Positions 10,562 to 18,887 of a DNA stretch of 64,000 nucleotides are shown in pieces (within the stretch, counting starts at the first letter, position 1; each line of letters opens with the position of its first letter). The translations under genes and the position numbers were made by a program. This stretch comes from Opitutaceae bacterium (GTDB taxonomy: Bacteria > Verrucomicrobiota > Verrucomicrobiia > Opitutales > Coraliomargaritaceae): positions 320,001 through 384,000 of the forward strand of contig JBPOFY010000002.1 of NCBI GenBank assembly GCA_051252375.1. The letters run 5' to 3'. The notes beneath the pieces were generated by a model, which was not told the DNA's origin, searched no databases, and was given only the letters and a program-made list of their open reading frames with translations.

Positions 10562-10768
10562 ATGAATAAATGTCCAAATTGCCAAAAGAAACTGTATGAA
10601 GAAGTTCGTGACACTAAAGGGTATGGCTCAGGCGCAGGCCAAATGATTGTAGCTCAGCGGATATGTAAATGCACTGAAGGATGCTATAGCTATGAAAAAG
10701 ACGACATTCCTGGTTACAAAAGTAGAGACATCGGAAACTGCTGCAAATGTGGAAAACCTGGCCAATAG
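10562..10768 (+). CDS. Small Cys-rich (zinc-ribbon-like) cassette protein
   Basis: 68 aa with CPNC, CKC...C and CCKC; AT-rich; followed by an attC. Confidence 0.65.
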   Translation: MNKCPNCQKKLYEEVRDTKGYGSGAGQMIVAQRICKCTEGCYSYEKDDIPGYKSRDIGNCCKCGKPGQ

Positions 10769-10797
10769 TCCCACGAGAAAAAACAAAAGATAAGAAT

Positions 10798-10864
10798 CGA
10801 GATCAAGTCAGGATATACAATGAGTTTCGCTGCCGCTCACTCACGTATACCTTCTACGTTGGAC
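10798..10864 (+). mobile_element. attC site 1 (integron cassette recombination site)
   Basis: CGAGATC ... AGG(A)TATAC-AA-TGAGT loop ACTCA-C-GTATACCT ... GTTGGAC, an imperfect hairpin with an extrahelical base. Confidence 0.8.
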
Positions 10865-10868
10865 GAAA

Positions 10869-11768
10869 ATGATAATTAACACTCCATCTCCTGATGAATT
10901 CAGAACCTATGGTATTTCATATCTGAATTTAGCATGGGACAGCGCGTTAAGTGATCTATCTCAAATCGAGGAATTTGTCGAAGAAGATGACGATATTGTT
11001 CTTGAGCACTCGAGTGATTTTCACCGAAAAATCGGCCTTGCAATTACACTCTGTCACCAAGCTATGGAGTTTTTTATCAAGGGCAGAATTGCCGAAGTAA
11101 GTCCTTACCTCTTAGTAGCTAATTCAGGAAAGGATTGGCCGTCAGTGAAGTCTGATGCAGACTTGGATTTTTCAGACTTGTTCACCGTAAACTCTCAAGA
11201 TTTACCGCGAATCTATAATGCGGTTAGAAGCGATTCGCTCTCGGAAGAATTTGTTCAGAGGTATAACAAGTTACGGAAGATGAGGAATTCTCTCATGCAT
11301 TCGATTAATAGAAACACGAATGTTAGACCAAAGGATGTTTTATTATATATCCTTCAGGTATCAACTGACATCCTTGGCTCTTATAGTTGGATAGATACAA
11401 GGCGGTCATACTTGAACGACAACCTCTATTCAGCGAGCAAGACGGGGGAAACAGAGACCGACCTCGCCTGGGAGATTGCTAGGGTTATGGAAATGTTGAG
11501 CAAAGGAGAGGTGCGAAGGCTTTTACTTGATGTTGGTGATCGGCGGCAGTATCAATGTCCGTTGTGTTTCTCCAATGATGCAGAGATAGAGAATTGCTTT
11601 GCTGTATTGGAGCCGAACACACCTGCTTCAACAAGTATTTACTGTTTAGTTTGCGAGGAATCTACAACTATATTGAGGAGAAATTGCGACCACGATGACT
11701 GTCCAGGGAATGTTATCTATGAGGGCGATGAGGTCTGCCTTACTTGCGGTCGTGGCCAAGAGTTTTAG
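10869..11768 (+). CDS. Cassette protein with a HEPN-like N-terminal domain and C-terminal Cys-rich zinc ribbons
   Basis: HQAMEFFIKGRI helix, RNSLMH (RxxxxH), and CPLC / CLVC / CHDDC-like / CLTC motifs. Bounded by GTTGGAC ... GTCCAAC. Confidence 0.7.
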   Translation: MIINTPSPDEFRTYGISYLNLAWDSALSDLSQIEEFVEEDDDIVLEHSSDFHRKIGLAITLCHQAMEFFIKGRIAEVSPYLLVANSGKDWPSVKSDADLDFSDLFTVNSQDLPRIYNAVRSDSLSEEFVQRYNKLRKMRNSLMHSINRNTNVRPKDVLLYILQVSTDILGSYSWIDTRRSYLNDNLYSASKTGETETDLAWEIARVMEMLSKGEVRRLLLDVGDRRQYQCPLCFSNDAEIENCFAVLEPNTPASTSIYCLVCEESTTILRRNCDHDDCPGNVIYEGDEVCLTCGRGQEF

Positions 11769-11807
11769 AGTTTGCCTGGGAGTTCCTAAGGTCTCTTATC
11801 TAACAGA

Positions 11808-11875
11808 GTCCAACCAGTCGCGGTGAGACAATAGATTTCGCTGGCGCTCATCTACACTCACGCTCACCGTTCTAG
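11808..11875 (+). mobile_element. attC site 2
   Basis: GTCCAAC ... GC(G)GTGAG..TAGAT loop ATCTA..CTCACGC ... GTTCTAG. The loop TTCGCTGGCGCTC is nearly the same as in attC1. Confidence 0.85.
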
Positions 11876-11881
11876 GAATAA

Positions 11882-12202
11882 ATGAATGAAGAAAAAGACA
11901 GGCCTTGGCTTAGAATCCACGATGACTGGGGAGACCTTGAAGGACACATCTCAGGAAACAAACAAGGCCTAGAAGCATTAAAAAAGAAAATCGACCAAGC
12001 ACTAGATGAAGGTGTCGGACTAATGGAAGACTTCGACTGTGATTTTAACAGCGTAGCCGTAAGGGAAACAAAAGAAGATGACACACGACCCGATACAGTT
12101 GGGATAAAACTTCTCAAAGGCGGCTTCCTTACCATAATTGCTACATGCTTATTGATATTTGGATTTGGACTGCTGAAACTATGGGAAGCCTTAACCCAAT
12201 GA
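11882..12202 (+). CDS. Hypothetical cassette protein with a C-terminal TM helix
   Basis: 106 aa, bounded by complementary cores GTTCTAG ... CTAGAAC. Confidence 0.75.
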   Translation: MNEEKDRPWLRIHDDWGDLEGHISGNKQGLEALKKKIDQALDEGVGLMEDFDCDFNSVAVRETKEDDTRPDTVGIKLLKGGFLTIIATCLLIFGFGLLKLWEALTQ

Positions 12203-12204
12203 AG

Positions 12205-12308
12205 CTAGAACCAGACGGAGCTGGTCAACCCCATTTACGCGCCAGTAATTCGAAAAGCAATTAGACTACTATTCACTCGGGCTGGGTTGCCAGTCCCCCA
12301 CGTTCGCT
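12205..12308 (+). mobile_element. attC site 3
   Basis: CTAGAAC ... GGA(G)CTGG(T)CAACCC ... GGGTTGCCAGTCC ... GTTCGCT, with the typical extrahelical G and T. Confidence 0.88.
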
Positions 12309-12310
12309 AA

Positions 12311-12553
12311 ATGAAAATAGGAACACTACTTGAGCTAATTCCAGGATTTATAATTTTCGGTTTCTTCTTCTACAAATGCGTAAGATTTAAGCCCACGTTC
12401 TCGTTGGTTAATCCCTTTAATCCAGAAGCCAAAGTGTTTGTCGACAAAGACAACAAAGGAAGGCTCCTGATATTATTAGCCATCCTAGCCTTTCTGATGG
12501 TTGCTCCATTTATCATCTTACTTCTCCTAGGAAGTCCTATCGAAATAAAATAG
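12311..12553 (+). CDS. Small 2-TM hypothetical cassette protein
   Basis: 80 aa, starting 2 nt after the attC3 core. Followed by ACCGAAC at 12557-12563, then a REP (attC appears truncated). Confidence 0.7.
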   Translation: MKIGTLLELIPGFIIFGFFFYKCVRFKPTFSLVNPFNPEAKVFVDKDNKGRLLILLAILAFLMVAPFIILLLLGSPIEIK

Positions 12554-12580
12554 CTGACCGAACCCGCTGGAGCAGGAAAA

Positions 12581-12850
12581 GGTAGCGACGGTCGCAGTGT
12601 CTCGGCATAGCCATCGGCGGCGACGGATTCCGCCTGCCATTCGTCAGAGTCTGACCGTATCCGATGGCGCTTCCCTTCGATAAACTCAGGACAGGCGGGA
12701 CAAGCGCCGCTACCACAACAAAGCTCAGGTTGCGATTCTAACAAAACACGGCAGAGACTGCCGTGGCTACACTAGGATACATACGAGTGAGCTGCTCCTC
12801 CGTGCCTCTGTGACTCTCCTGCCATGAGCTTGCCGTATGGGTGTGAGCCT
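12581..12850. repeat. Composite REP/REPIN mosaic, copy 4
   Basis: GGTAGCGACGGTCG...CGCCGCTACC with nested inserts; 12740-12841 matches 6390-6492. Confidence 0.88.
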
Positions 12851-12857
12851 TTCTACT

Positions 12858-14675
12858 TTAATCCAGCTGCGTCTTTTGTGCGTAGTTATAGTAGACTGCG
12901 CCTTCAATCTCTCCGACTGAATTGTAGAACCATGTCTGGATAAAGGCAGGACCTTTAGGTAAGTCGGTAATTGTGAATTTCACACCATCGGCTTCAGGGT
13001 CTGCGGACTTGCTTGCGTCCATATAGACGACGTCATCATTCCAGATCTTGATGCGAGCACTGGCGATAGCCAATGCTTTGCCAGGACCAGCCGATGTTAA
13101 TGTGGTTTCGTCTTCAATCTCTTGTGGCCAGCGGCGCAGGTCGAAGTCATACGTTCCAGCTTCATTGAACTCAACGGCGATGAAACCGCTACCGACCGAG
13201 CCGTCGATAACATTTCCCTGACTCCAAATTACGGTTCCGTGAAAATCGTGCGCGAGAAGCGTCGTCACTGGTTCCTCGCAGTGCCCTACCATGATACGTG
13301 TGTATTCATGCGCGCGTTCTGCGACCAATTGCCACCATTTTTCATATTCTTCTTTTAGCTCTGCGACGATCCCGTCATGCGCGGAGTCGGCAATGATGTC
13401 GTTCTTCTGCGATTCGTCGACGAGCACATCGTAGAGCTCCCAGTCGTCATCAATACTGGTGCGAACCAAACGCCATTTGTTTGTAATGATATCACCGTCC
13501 CAAATGTCTTTTTTAACAGACAGCTTTTTATACTTTTCAGGATTTTCGGTCCACATGTCGTTGATCACAACCGCTCGGTTTCTGAACTCCTGCGGATCGT
13601 TGGACAGATCTTCATCGAGGAACGGCTTAAAGCTACGGCCACGAATTTTCAGCTTCGCAGGTCTGTCCTCAACATCCTTCAGATTGAGAATGTCCATGAA
13701 TGTAGGGAGCCAATCGATATGTGCAGTCAGGGTGGCGATTTCTCTGCCGGCACCCTCTCCGCCGAGGTTGCCATCTGCCCATCTGATGAAGCATGGGACG
13801 CGAGTGCCACCATCGTAATTAGAGCCTTTGCCACCGCGAAGGTGAGAGCCTGAACCGTTGTCGGTCGTGAAAATGAGAATCGTGTTATCGGCGATTCCTT
13901 TATCGTCGAGGAACTTGATCAGTCGACCCATGTTCTTATCGATATTCTCGATCGTGCCGGTCTTCGCGCTGACTCCCTCGCGGGCGTCCGGTGGCATGAC
14001 ATGCGGGGCGTGCGCCGTGCCAAGTGGGATGTAGGCAAAGAAGGGTTTATCTTTTTCGATGTTATCCGCCATGAAATCCATCGCGCGGTTCATAAAGAAA
14101 TTTGTGGTGAATGCGCCCTCGATGCCGTCGTCCTCATCGGTCATTTCGACCAAGGTATCATTGATCCACATGTGGGCACTTTGATTGGTATTGCCCCAGT
14201 AATCGGGAAGCTGACCTGTGCCGCCGCCTTTGGTCCAAGCGACATATTCAAATCCACGATCTTTTGGGCGGAAGGGGTAATTGTCTCCCAAATGCCATTT
14301 GAAAAAGAGTCCGGTAGCGTATCCGTTGGCTTTGAAGATATCAGCCATGGTGATTTCATCAGCACGCAGCATGTTGCGCCCGTTGATGGTATGCCAAACG
14401 CCAACGACATCACTCGGTCTGCCGGTTAAGAGCGCTGCGCGTGTTGGCGAACAGCTTGGGGAAACGTGAAAGTCAGTTAAACGGACGGAGACCTCCGCCA
14501 GCTTGTCAATGTGAGGCGTGCGCGGTCCACGGTCATTGAAATATGAAAAGGCACTGTGGCTAATGTCATCCGGCATGACGAAAATGACATTCGGTCGGGA
14601 ATTCGATCCTGCCGAAAGAGACAAGAGGCTCGATAATAGTAAGAGCGGGAAAGTGAGTAGCTGGGTTGGTTTCAT
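12858..14675 (-). CDS. Arylsulfatase (formylglycine-dependent, S1 family), secreted
   Basis: PNVIFVMPDD, CSPTRAALLTG, KWHLG and TDNG motifs; signal peptide from ATG 14675. Confidence 0.95.
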   Translation of the reverse strand: MKPTQLLTFPLLLLSSLLSLSAGSNSRPNVIFVMPDDISHSAFSYFNDRGPRTPHIDKLAEVSVRLTDFHVSPSCSPTRAALLTGRPSDVVGVWHTINGRNMLRADEITMADIFKANGYATGLFFKWHLGDNYPFRPKDRGFEYVAWTKGGGTGQLPDYWGNTNQSAHMWINDTLVEMTDEDDGIEGAFTTNFFMNRAMDFMADNIEKDKPFFAYIPLGTAHAPHVMPPDAREGVSAKTGTIENIDKNMGRLIKFLDDKGIADNTILIFTTDNGSGSHLRGGKGSNYDGGTRVPCFIRWADGNLGGEGAGREIATLTAHIDWLPTFMDILNLKDVEDRPAKLKIRGRSFKPFLDEDLSNDPQEFRNRAVVINDMWTENPEKYKKLSVKKDIWDGDIITNKWRLVRTSIDDDWELYDVLVDESQKNDIIADSAHDGIVAELKEEYEKWWQLVAERAHEYTRIMVGHCEEPVTTLLAHDFHGTVIWSQGNVIDGSVGSGFIAVEFNEAGTYDFDLRRWPQEIEDETTLTSAGPGKALAIASARIKIWNDDVVYMDASKSADPEADGVKFTITDLPKGPAFIQTWFYNSVGEIEGAVYYNYAQKTQLD

Positions 14676-14790
14676 ATTATATACTGACAGAAAATGACTA
14701 CGAATGTTCGGGGTAAACAATGACTACGAGGGAATGCCCTAGAGCGAGCATCGCAAGGCAGAACTGCTTCAAAGCGGTCAGCCACCTCCT

Positions 14791-14850
14791 GATAAATACT
14801 GATAATGATCTTGATAAAAGACTCTAATATGGTAGTCTATTAATCATTAA
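14791..14850. promoter_or_regulatory. Possible Fur/Zur-family operator
   Basis: GATAATGATCTTGATAAAA at 14801-14819 matches 13/19 of the Fur consensus; lies upstream of a His-rich ORF. Confidence 0.4.
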
Positions 14851-14877
14851 CTGTCATTGACTTAGACATTATACGCG

Positions 14878-15423
14878 ATGTATTTCCACGCCAACGATAT
14901 AAAGAAACGATCATGCGCACGAATTGCGCGGGCATGGAAATTTTGTATCAATCGCACGGTGCTAATCCGGCTTGGGGCACTGATGCTCATGCTCTCCATG
15001 CAGGTGCCGAGCTTGGCGGCGAGCGTCGTCAGTCTGGCAGGCTTGGCGAGCGATCACGAATTGACGGTGATACAGGACCAAGGTCGCGTGCAGGTCATAC
15101 TGTCGCATGTGGATCGGCCCAGCGATGATAGCACCACTCACCACCACAACTGGATTGAAACCCTCTATATTTCGAAAAGGACTGATTCGGGAGCACACCC
15201 TGATCATTGCCTGAGCTTTGCCCAATTCGACAGCTTGAGTCCAAAAGCAGAGACTGGCGGAGCCGAACCGGACATCAAAGCGACGGTCATTGCCGGATTA
15301 TTTTTCTATGCCCTAGCAAGCGTAGACAGCGCGACTCAAATGGAGTGGATAGCAACGCGCTACGATTTTTACCGACCTCTTCAGCCTTGCCGAAATTTGC
15401 AAGGCATCGTCATGCGGCGTTGA
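14878..15423 (+). CDS. His-rich hypothetical protein (possible metal-responsive leader-type protein)
   Basis: Hydrophobic N-region, THHHNW and HPDHC. Start is uncertain. Confidence 0.55.
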   Translation: MYFHANDIKKRSCARIARAWKFCINRTVLIRLGALMLMLSMQVPSLAASVVSLAGLASDHELTVIQDQGRVQVILSHVDRPSDDSTTHHHNWIETLYISKRTDSGAHPDHCLSFAQFDSLSPKAETGGAEPDIKATVIAGLFFYALASVDSATQMEWIATRYDFYRPLQPCRNLQGIVMRR

Positions 15424-15561
15424 GCACGACTGCAAAGTTAGGCTTGTGATTCACAAGCTCCACTTGCAGCCGATAGCCCACACTCGTTTCAAGCGCTTTT
15501 TGTGCGCACATAATTTGGGCGACTGCATTAACCAGATGAACATTTTGACGACAGGATATGT

Positions 15562-17295
15562 ATGAAGAAGATCGCACTACTTTTACTTTGCTTGCCCAGC
15601 CTTTTGATCGGCGCGGCAACTGAATATACGCTAACTAATATTACGGGATGGTCCGACGCGCAGCTCGCGACCTTGCCACATTTCGACCGCTACGTGCCTG
15701 TCAAGCCGACTGGCGCGACAACAGATTTTACGCCCACATGCGCCAACGGCCTCGGCATAGTTGCCGGTAATCGCACAGAAGACAGCGCCTATGTAACTGC
15801 CGCGACGCAGACGGATATCCCAGCGTGGGGCACATGGAATTGGTCCTACTGGATATGGGATGGTCGTGATAATCACTATTACTGGGGCTCGGTGACCCAC
15901 AGCTACGCCAGAGCTTGCAACGTGTCGGGGCAAGTCGTGGGCTATGCCACTCTCGGCGGGGGCGCGAGCGGCGTCGGTTCCTCGTCGCTCTATGACGATC
16001 ACATCTACCTACGCGACACGACGACGGGCGAGCATCTTGATCTCACGCCCACCGCACATAGAGCGGACCCAAAGGATATGAATGATCTAGGCGAGATCAC
16101 CGGAACCTGGTCGGACACGACAAGTTCACATCCCTTCAGGCGCTCTGCCGATGGTGCCTTTACCGACTTAGTCTTTGATGAAGCGTATAGCCATTACATC
16201 GCTCCTGCCGTGATCAACAACCACGGTCATATTGTAGGCCAAGTCACGGTCTGGACCACCCCCCGCGACTACATTCCTTTCATCAGTGAGTCAGGAAGCA
16301 ACACCACCCCGCTGCCCTACCCAGACCAAGACAAAGCATACAAGGCAGGAATTGCCGACATCAATGATCACGGCGACATCGTGGGCTATTACCACAAGGC
16401 AGACACTCCGCTGGAAACAACCGCCCTGCTCTGGACGAAACAGGATGGCGATTGGGTCGCAGAAGAGTTGATCGAACTGATCGATGACAACATGGACTTC
16501 ATACTCGACCGCGCGATCGCGGTGAACGACGCGGGATATATCATCTGCAGCGGTCATGCGGATGGTGGTCCAGACAACACCTTCAATACACACCGCTTTC
16601 TCCTGACTCCAAATAGTTTTCCCGCGCCTGCCGCGGTCACACTAGCGCCAAAAAATCTAAGCGCAACGGGTGCCACGCTGCGCGCCAAGATCAACCCTTC
16701 GAATCTCGCAACGACTGCACAGATCGAGCACGGTCTAAGCACCGCCTACGGCACCAGCGAAACCTTGGCATCATCCAATGGCACACTTCCCATGCTCGCA
16801 GAAGTTGCACTAACAGGACTCAGCCCACACACCACCTATCACTACCGAACCACTGCGACCAATGCAACAGGCACAACCACGGCCGAAGACCAGAGTTTTA
16901 CAACGCCTTGGGATTGGAGCAGCTGGGCGGCGGCCAACCTCAGCTCCAGTAGTCCGGACCTAGACTCAAACAAAAACGGTCAACCAGACCTCATCGACTA
17001 CGCGACTGGAAACCATGTGCCAGATGGATTCGAAGTAAACGGGAGCACTGCGCAAATAAGCTTTCGTCGCTCGCTGGAGGCGGACGGCGTGCAGTTAATC
17101 GTTCAAGTCAGCGACGACTTAGTCACTTGGGATGACGGCTCCACTTATCACTACGGCAGCGGTTCGTCGTCGAATGAAGTGACCACCGAAGTCACACGCA
17201 CAGCCGATGGCAGTGATGGCGAAATGATCACCGTATCCACAGATGTGACAGGCATGGATAAGGTGTTCTTCAGGCTGAAGGTTGTGGAAATGTAA
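15562..17295 (+). CDS. Secreted protein with HAF-like repeats, an FN3 domain and a C-terminal verrucomicrobial domain
   Basis: Repeated INNHGHIVG / INDHGDIVG / MNDLGEITG; LTGLSPHTTYHYR (FN3); SDDLVTW...KVFFRLKV. Confidence 0.8.
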   Translation: MKKIALLLLCLPSLLIGAATEYTLTNITGWSDAQLATLPHFDRYVPVKPTGATTDFTPTCANGLGIVAGNRTEDSAYVTAATQTDIPAWGTWNWSYWIWDGRDNHYYWGSVTHSYARACNVSGQVVGYATLGGGASGVGSSSLYDDHIYLRDTTTGEHLDLTPTAHRADPKDMNDLGEITGTWSDTTSSHPFRRSADGAFTDLVFDEAYSHYIAPAVINNHGHIVGQVTVWTTPRDYIPFISESGSNTTPLPYPDQDKAYKAGIADINDHGDIVGYYHKADTPLETTALLWTKQDGDWVAEELIELIDDNMDFILDRAIAVNDAGYIICSGHADGGPDNTFNTHRFLLTPNSFPAPAAVTLAPKNLSATGATLRAKINPSNLATTAQIEHGLSTAYGTSETLASSNGTLPMLAEVALTGLSPHTTYHYRTTATNATGTTTAEDQSFTTPWDWSSWAAANLSSSSPDLDSNKNGQPDLIDYATGNHVPDGFEVNGSTAQISFRRSLEADGVQLIVQVSDDLVTWDDGSTYHYGSGSSSNEVTTEVTRTADGSDGEMITVSTDVTGMDKVFFRLKVVEM

Positions 17296-17321
17296 AGTGA
17301 AGCAAGTCGGACGTGAAACGT

Positions 17322-18857
17322 CTATCGACCGCGCAGTTCTAAGGCGCGCTTCACCGCTTCATAAGCATTGATCAGTCCGTGACCGGTTTGATAATCGTAG
17401 CCTTCTTCGCCCACATCGGTGGCAGTCTCGGTGATGATCTGACGCACCTCCCACGGCTTTAGCTCTGGGTTTGCGGAAAGGATCAGGGCAATCGCGCCAC
17501 AATACATGGGGCCGGCAAATGAATTACCATTCACGGTGCGGGTGGGCGGCCCTCCCGCAGGAGATAAACCCGGGACCTTGTAGTTAAAGGCGCAGACTTC
17601 AGGCTTATCGACCAGCCCATCCTGATAATGCTCGGTGTTCCACTCGACAGGCCCTTGGCTCGAGAATGGAGTTCGGCTGAAGTCACGTTGCACACCCGCT
17701 GCCGCAAACACCGCATGCGGGATATCCTCCGGAACACGCATCTGCACAGGGATCGGTTCACTCTGTGCAAAGTTACCCGCACCTGACACGAAATGAACAC
17801 CACAGAAGGCGCCCTGCTCCATGAGCTTGCGCCAATGCGAACGGTATTCCCCGAGGTTCGGTCGTGAGAAACTCATGCTATAGGTATCTGCACCGTGCTC
17901 GACCGCCCATTCGACGGCTGCCTCGATTCGTTGACTAATGACCACCCCAGCCCACTTTGAATCCGGCGCGATACCAGGCTGCACGGGTCGATTGTCTCCC
18001 GACCTACCACAAATGATCGCCACACATTGATGACCGTGAAGAACCCGCGCGGGGTTTCCTTTTTTTGGCAGTGCTTGATTGGTGAGCTGATCCGTCTGAC
18101 GCGAAAAATTGAATCCATGGACATCATCGATGAGCCCATTGCCATCATCATCACGCCCGTTACGAGGGTCCCTGGGATTTACATAAAGCGAAGCATCGAC
18201 CCAATCAGAGTGAATGAAATTACCGTCATGAACGACATTCAACACACCCTTGCCAGTGACTCCAAACTCTTCCCAGACACGATCTACTTTGAGTGCCTTG
18301 ATATACCACAGCGGCTCCTGTCCTAAGGGGTCAAAAGCCTTGTCCTCAGGTATGACTGGCTGGGGCGCATCGATAGCAGGGCCGGAACCACTCTTTCGTG
18401 CCGGACCATTGTAGAAAATTTTCCGCACACCGGGAACCTGTTTCAAATCATCCAACCCCGCTCGGTTCGTCACACAGGAAAAACCATTCACGATCCAATG
18501 AAACTCTAGGTCGCTCACCGACGTGAACTTTTTCAGGCTAGGCAAGGCTCGCTCGCGCGAGGTCTGACTCGTTGCTTTCAAGAGCGCCACCACCTGCTTC
18601 CGGAGTTCCGTGCGACCTAGATCATCGAATTCTTTCGCCCGCCTGAGATAAGCCTCCCCATCGCCTAGAAGCTGCTCTTCGAACCAGACTGTCACCCGAA
18701 ATTTCGCATCCGCTTTCTGCCCCTCGGCACGAGGATCCAGCCAAACCCCGTCTCCTGAAAGTCGTTCGATAGCAATCTCCGCAAAAGCCGATGTCGACAA
18801 CAGCACGAACGAGATAACAAACAGAAAATGTGAGAGTCGTTTCATTTGAATATTCAT
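17322..18857 (-). CDS. Secreted S8 (subtilase) serine peptidase
   Basis: Catalytic motifs VVHDG, HGHQC, GAGN and GNSFAGP; DDDGNGLIDD insert; TGHGLINA. Confidence 0.9.
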   Translation of the reverse strand: MNIQMKRLSHFLFVISFVLLSTSAFAEIAIERLSGDGVWLDPRAEGQKADAKFRVTVWFEEQLLGDGEAYLRRAKEFDDLGRTELRKQVVALLKATSQTSRERALPSLKKFTSVSDLEFHWIVNGFSCVTNRAGLDDLKQVPGVRKIFYNGPARKSGSGPAIDAPQPVIPEDKAFDPLGQEPLWYIKALKVDRVWEEFGVTGKGVLNVVHDGNFIHSDWVDASLYVNPRDPRNGRDDDGNGLIDDVHGFNFSRQTDQLTNQALPKKGNPARVLHGHQCVAIICGRSGDNRPVQPGIAPDSKWAGVVISQRIEAAVEWAVEHGADTYSMSFSRPNLGEYRSHWRKLMEQGAFCGVHFVSGAGNFAQSEPIPVQMRVPEDIPHAVFAAAGVQRDFSRTPFSSQGPVEWNTEHYQDGLVDKPEVCAFNYKVPGLSPAGGPPTRTVNGNSFAGPMYCGAIALILSANPELKPWEVRQIITETATDVGEEGYDYQTGHGLINAYEAVKRALELRGR

Positions 18858-18887
18858 AGGCGCTGATTCTCGATTGATCCCGACTGC

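Noticed and set aside
6102..12744. Short ORFs in the track at 6102-6353, 7440-7649, 9862-10142, 10129-10389 and 12370-12744
   Set aside because: They lie largely on palindromic repeats, and their shared peptides only reflect the DNA repeats.
6153..12850. Possible CRISPR array
   Set aside because: The repeats vary in length, order and orientation, there are no regular unique spacers, and no cas genes are evident.
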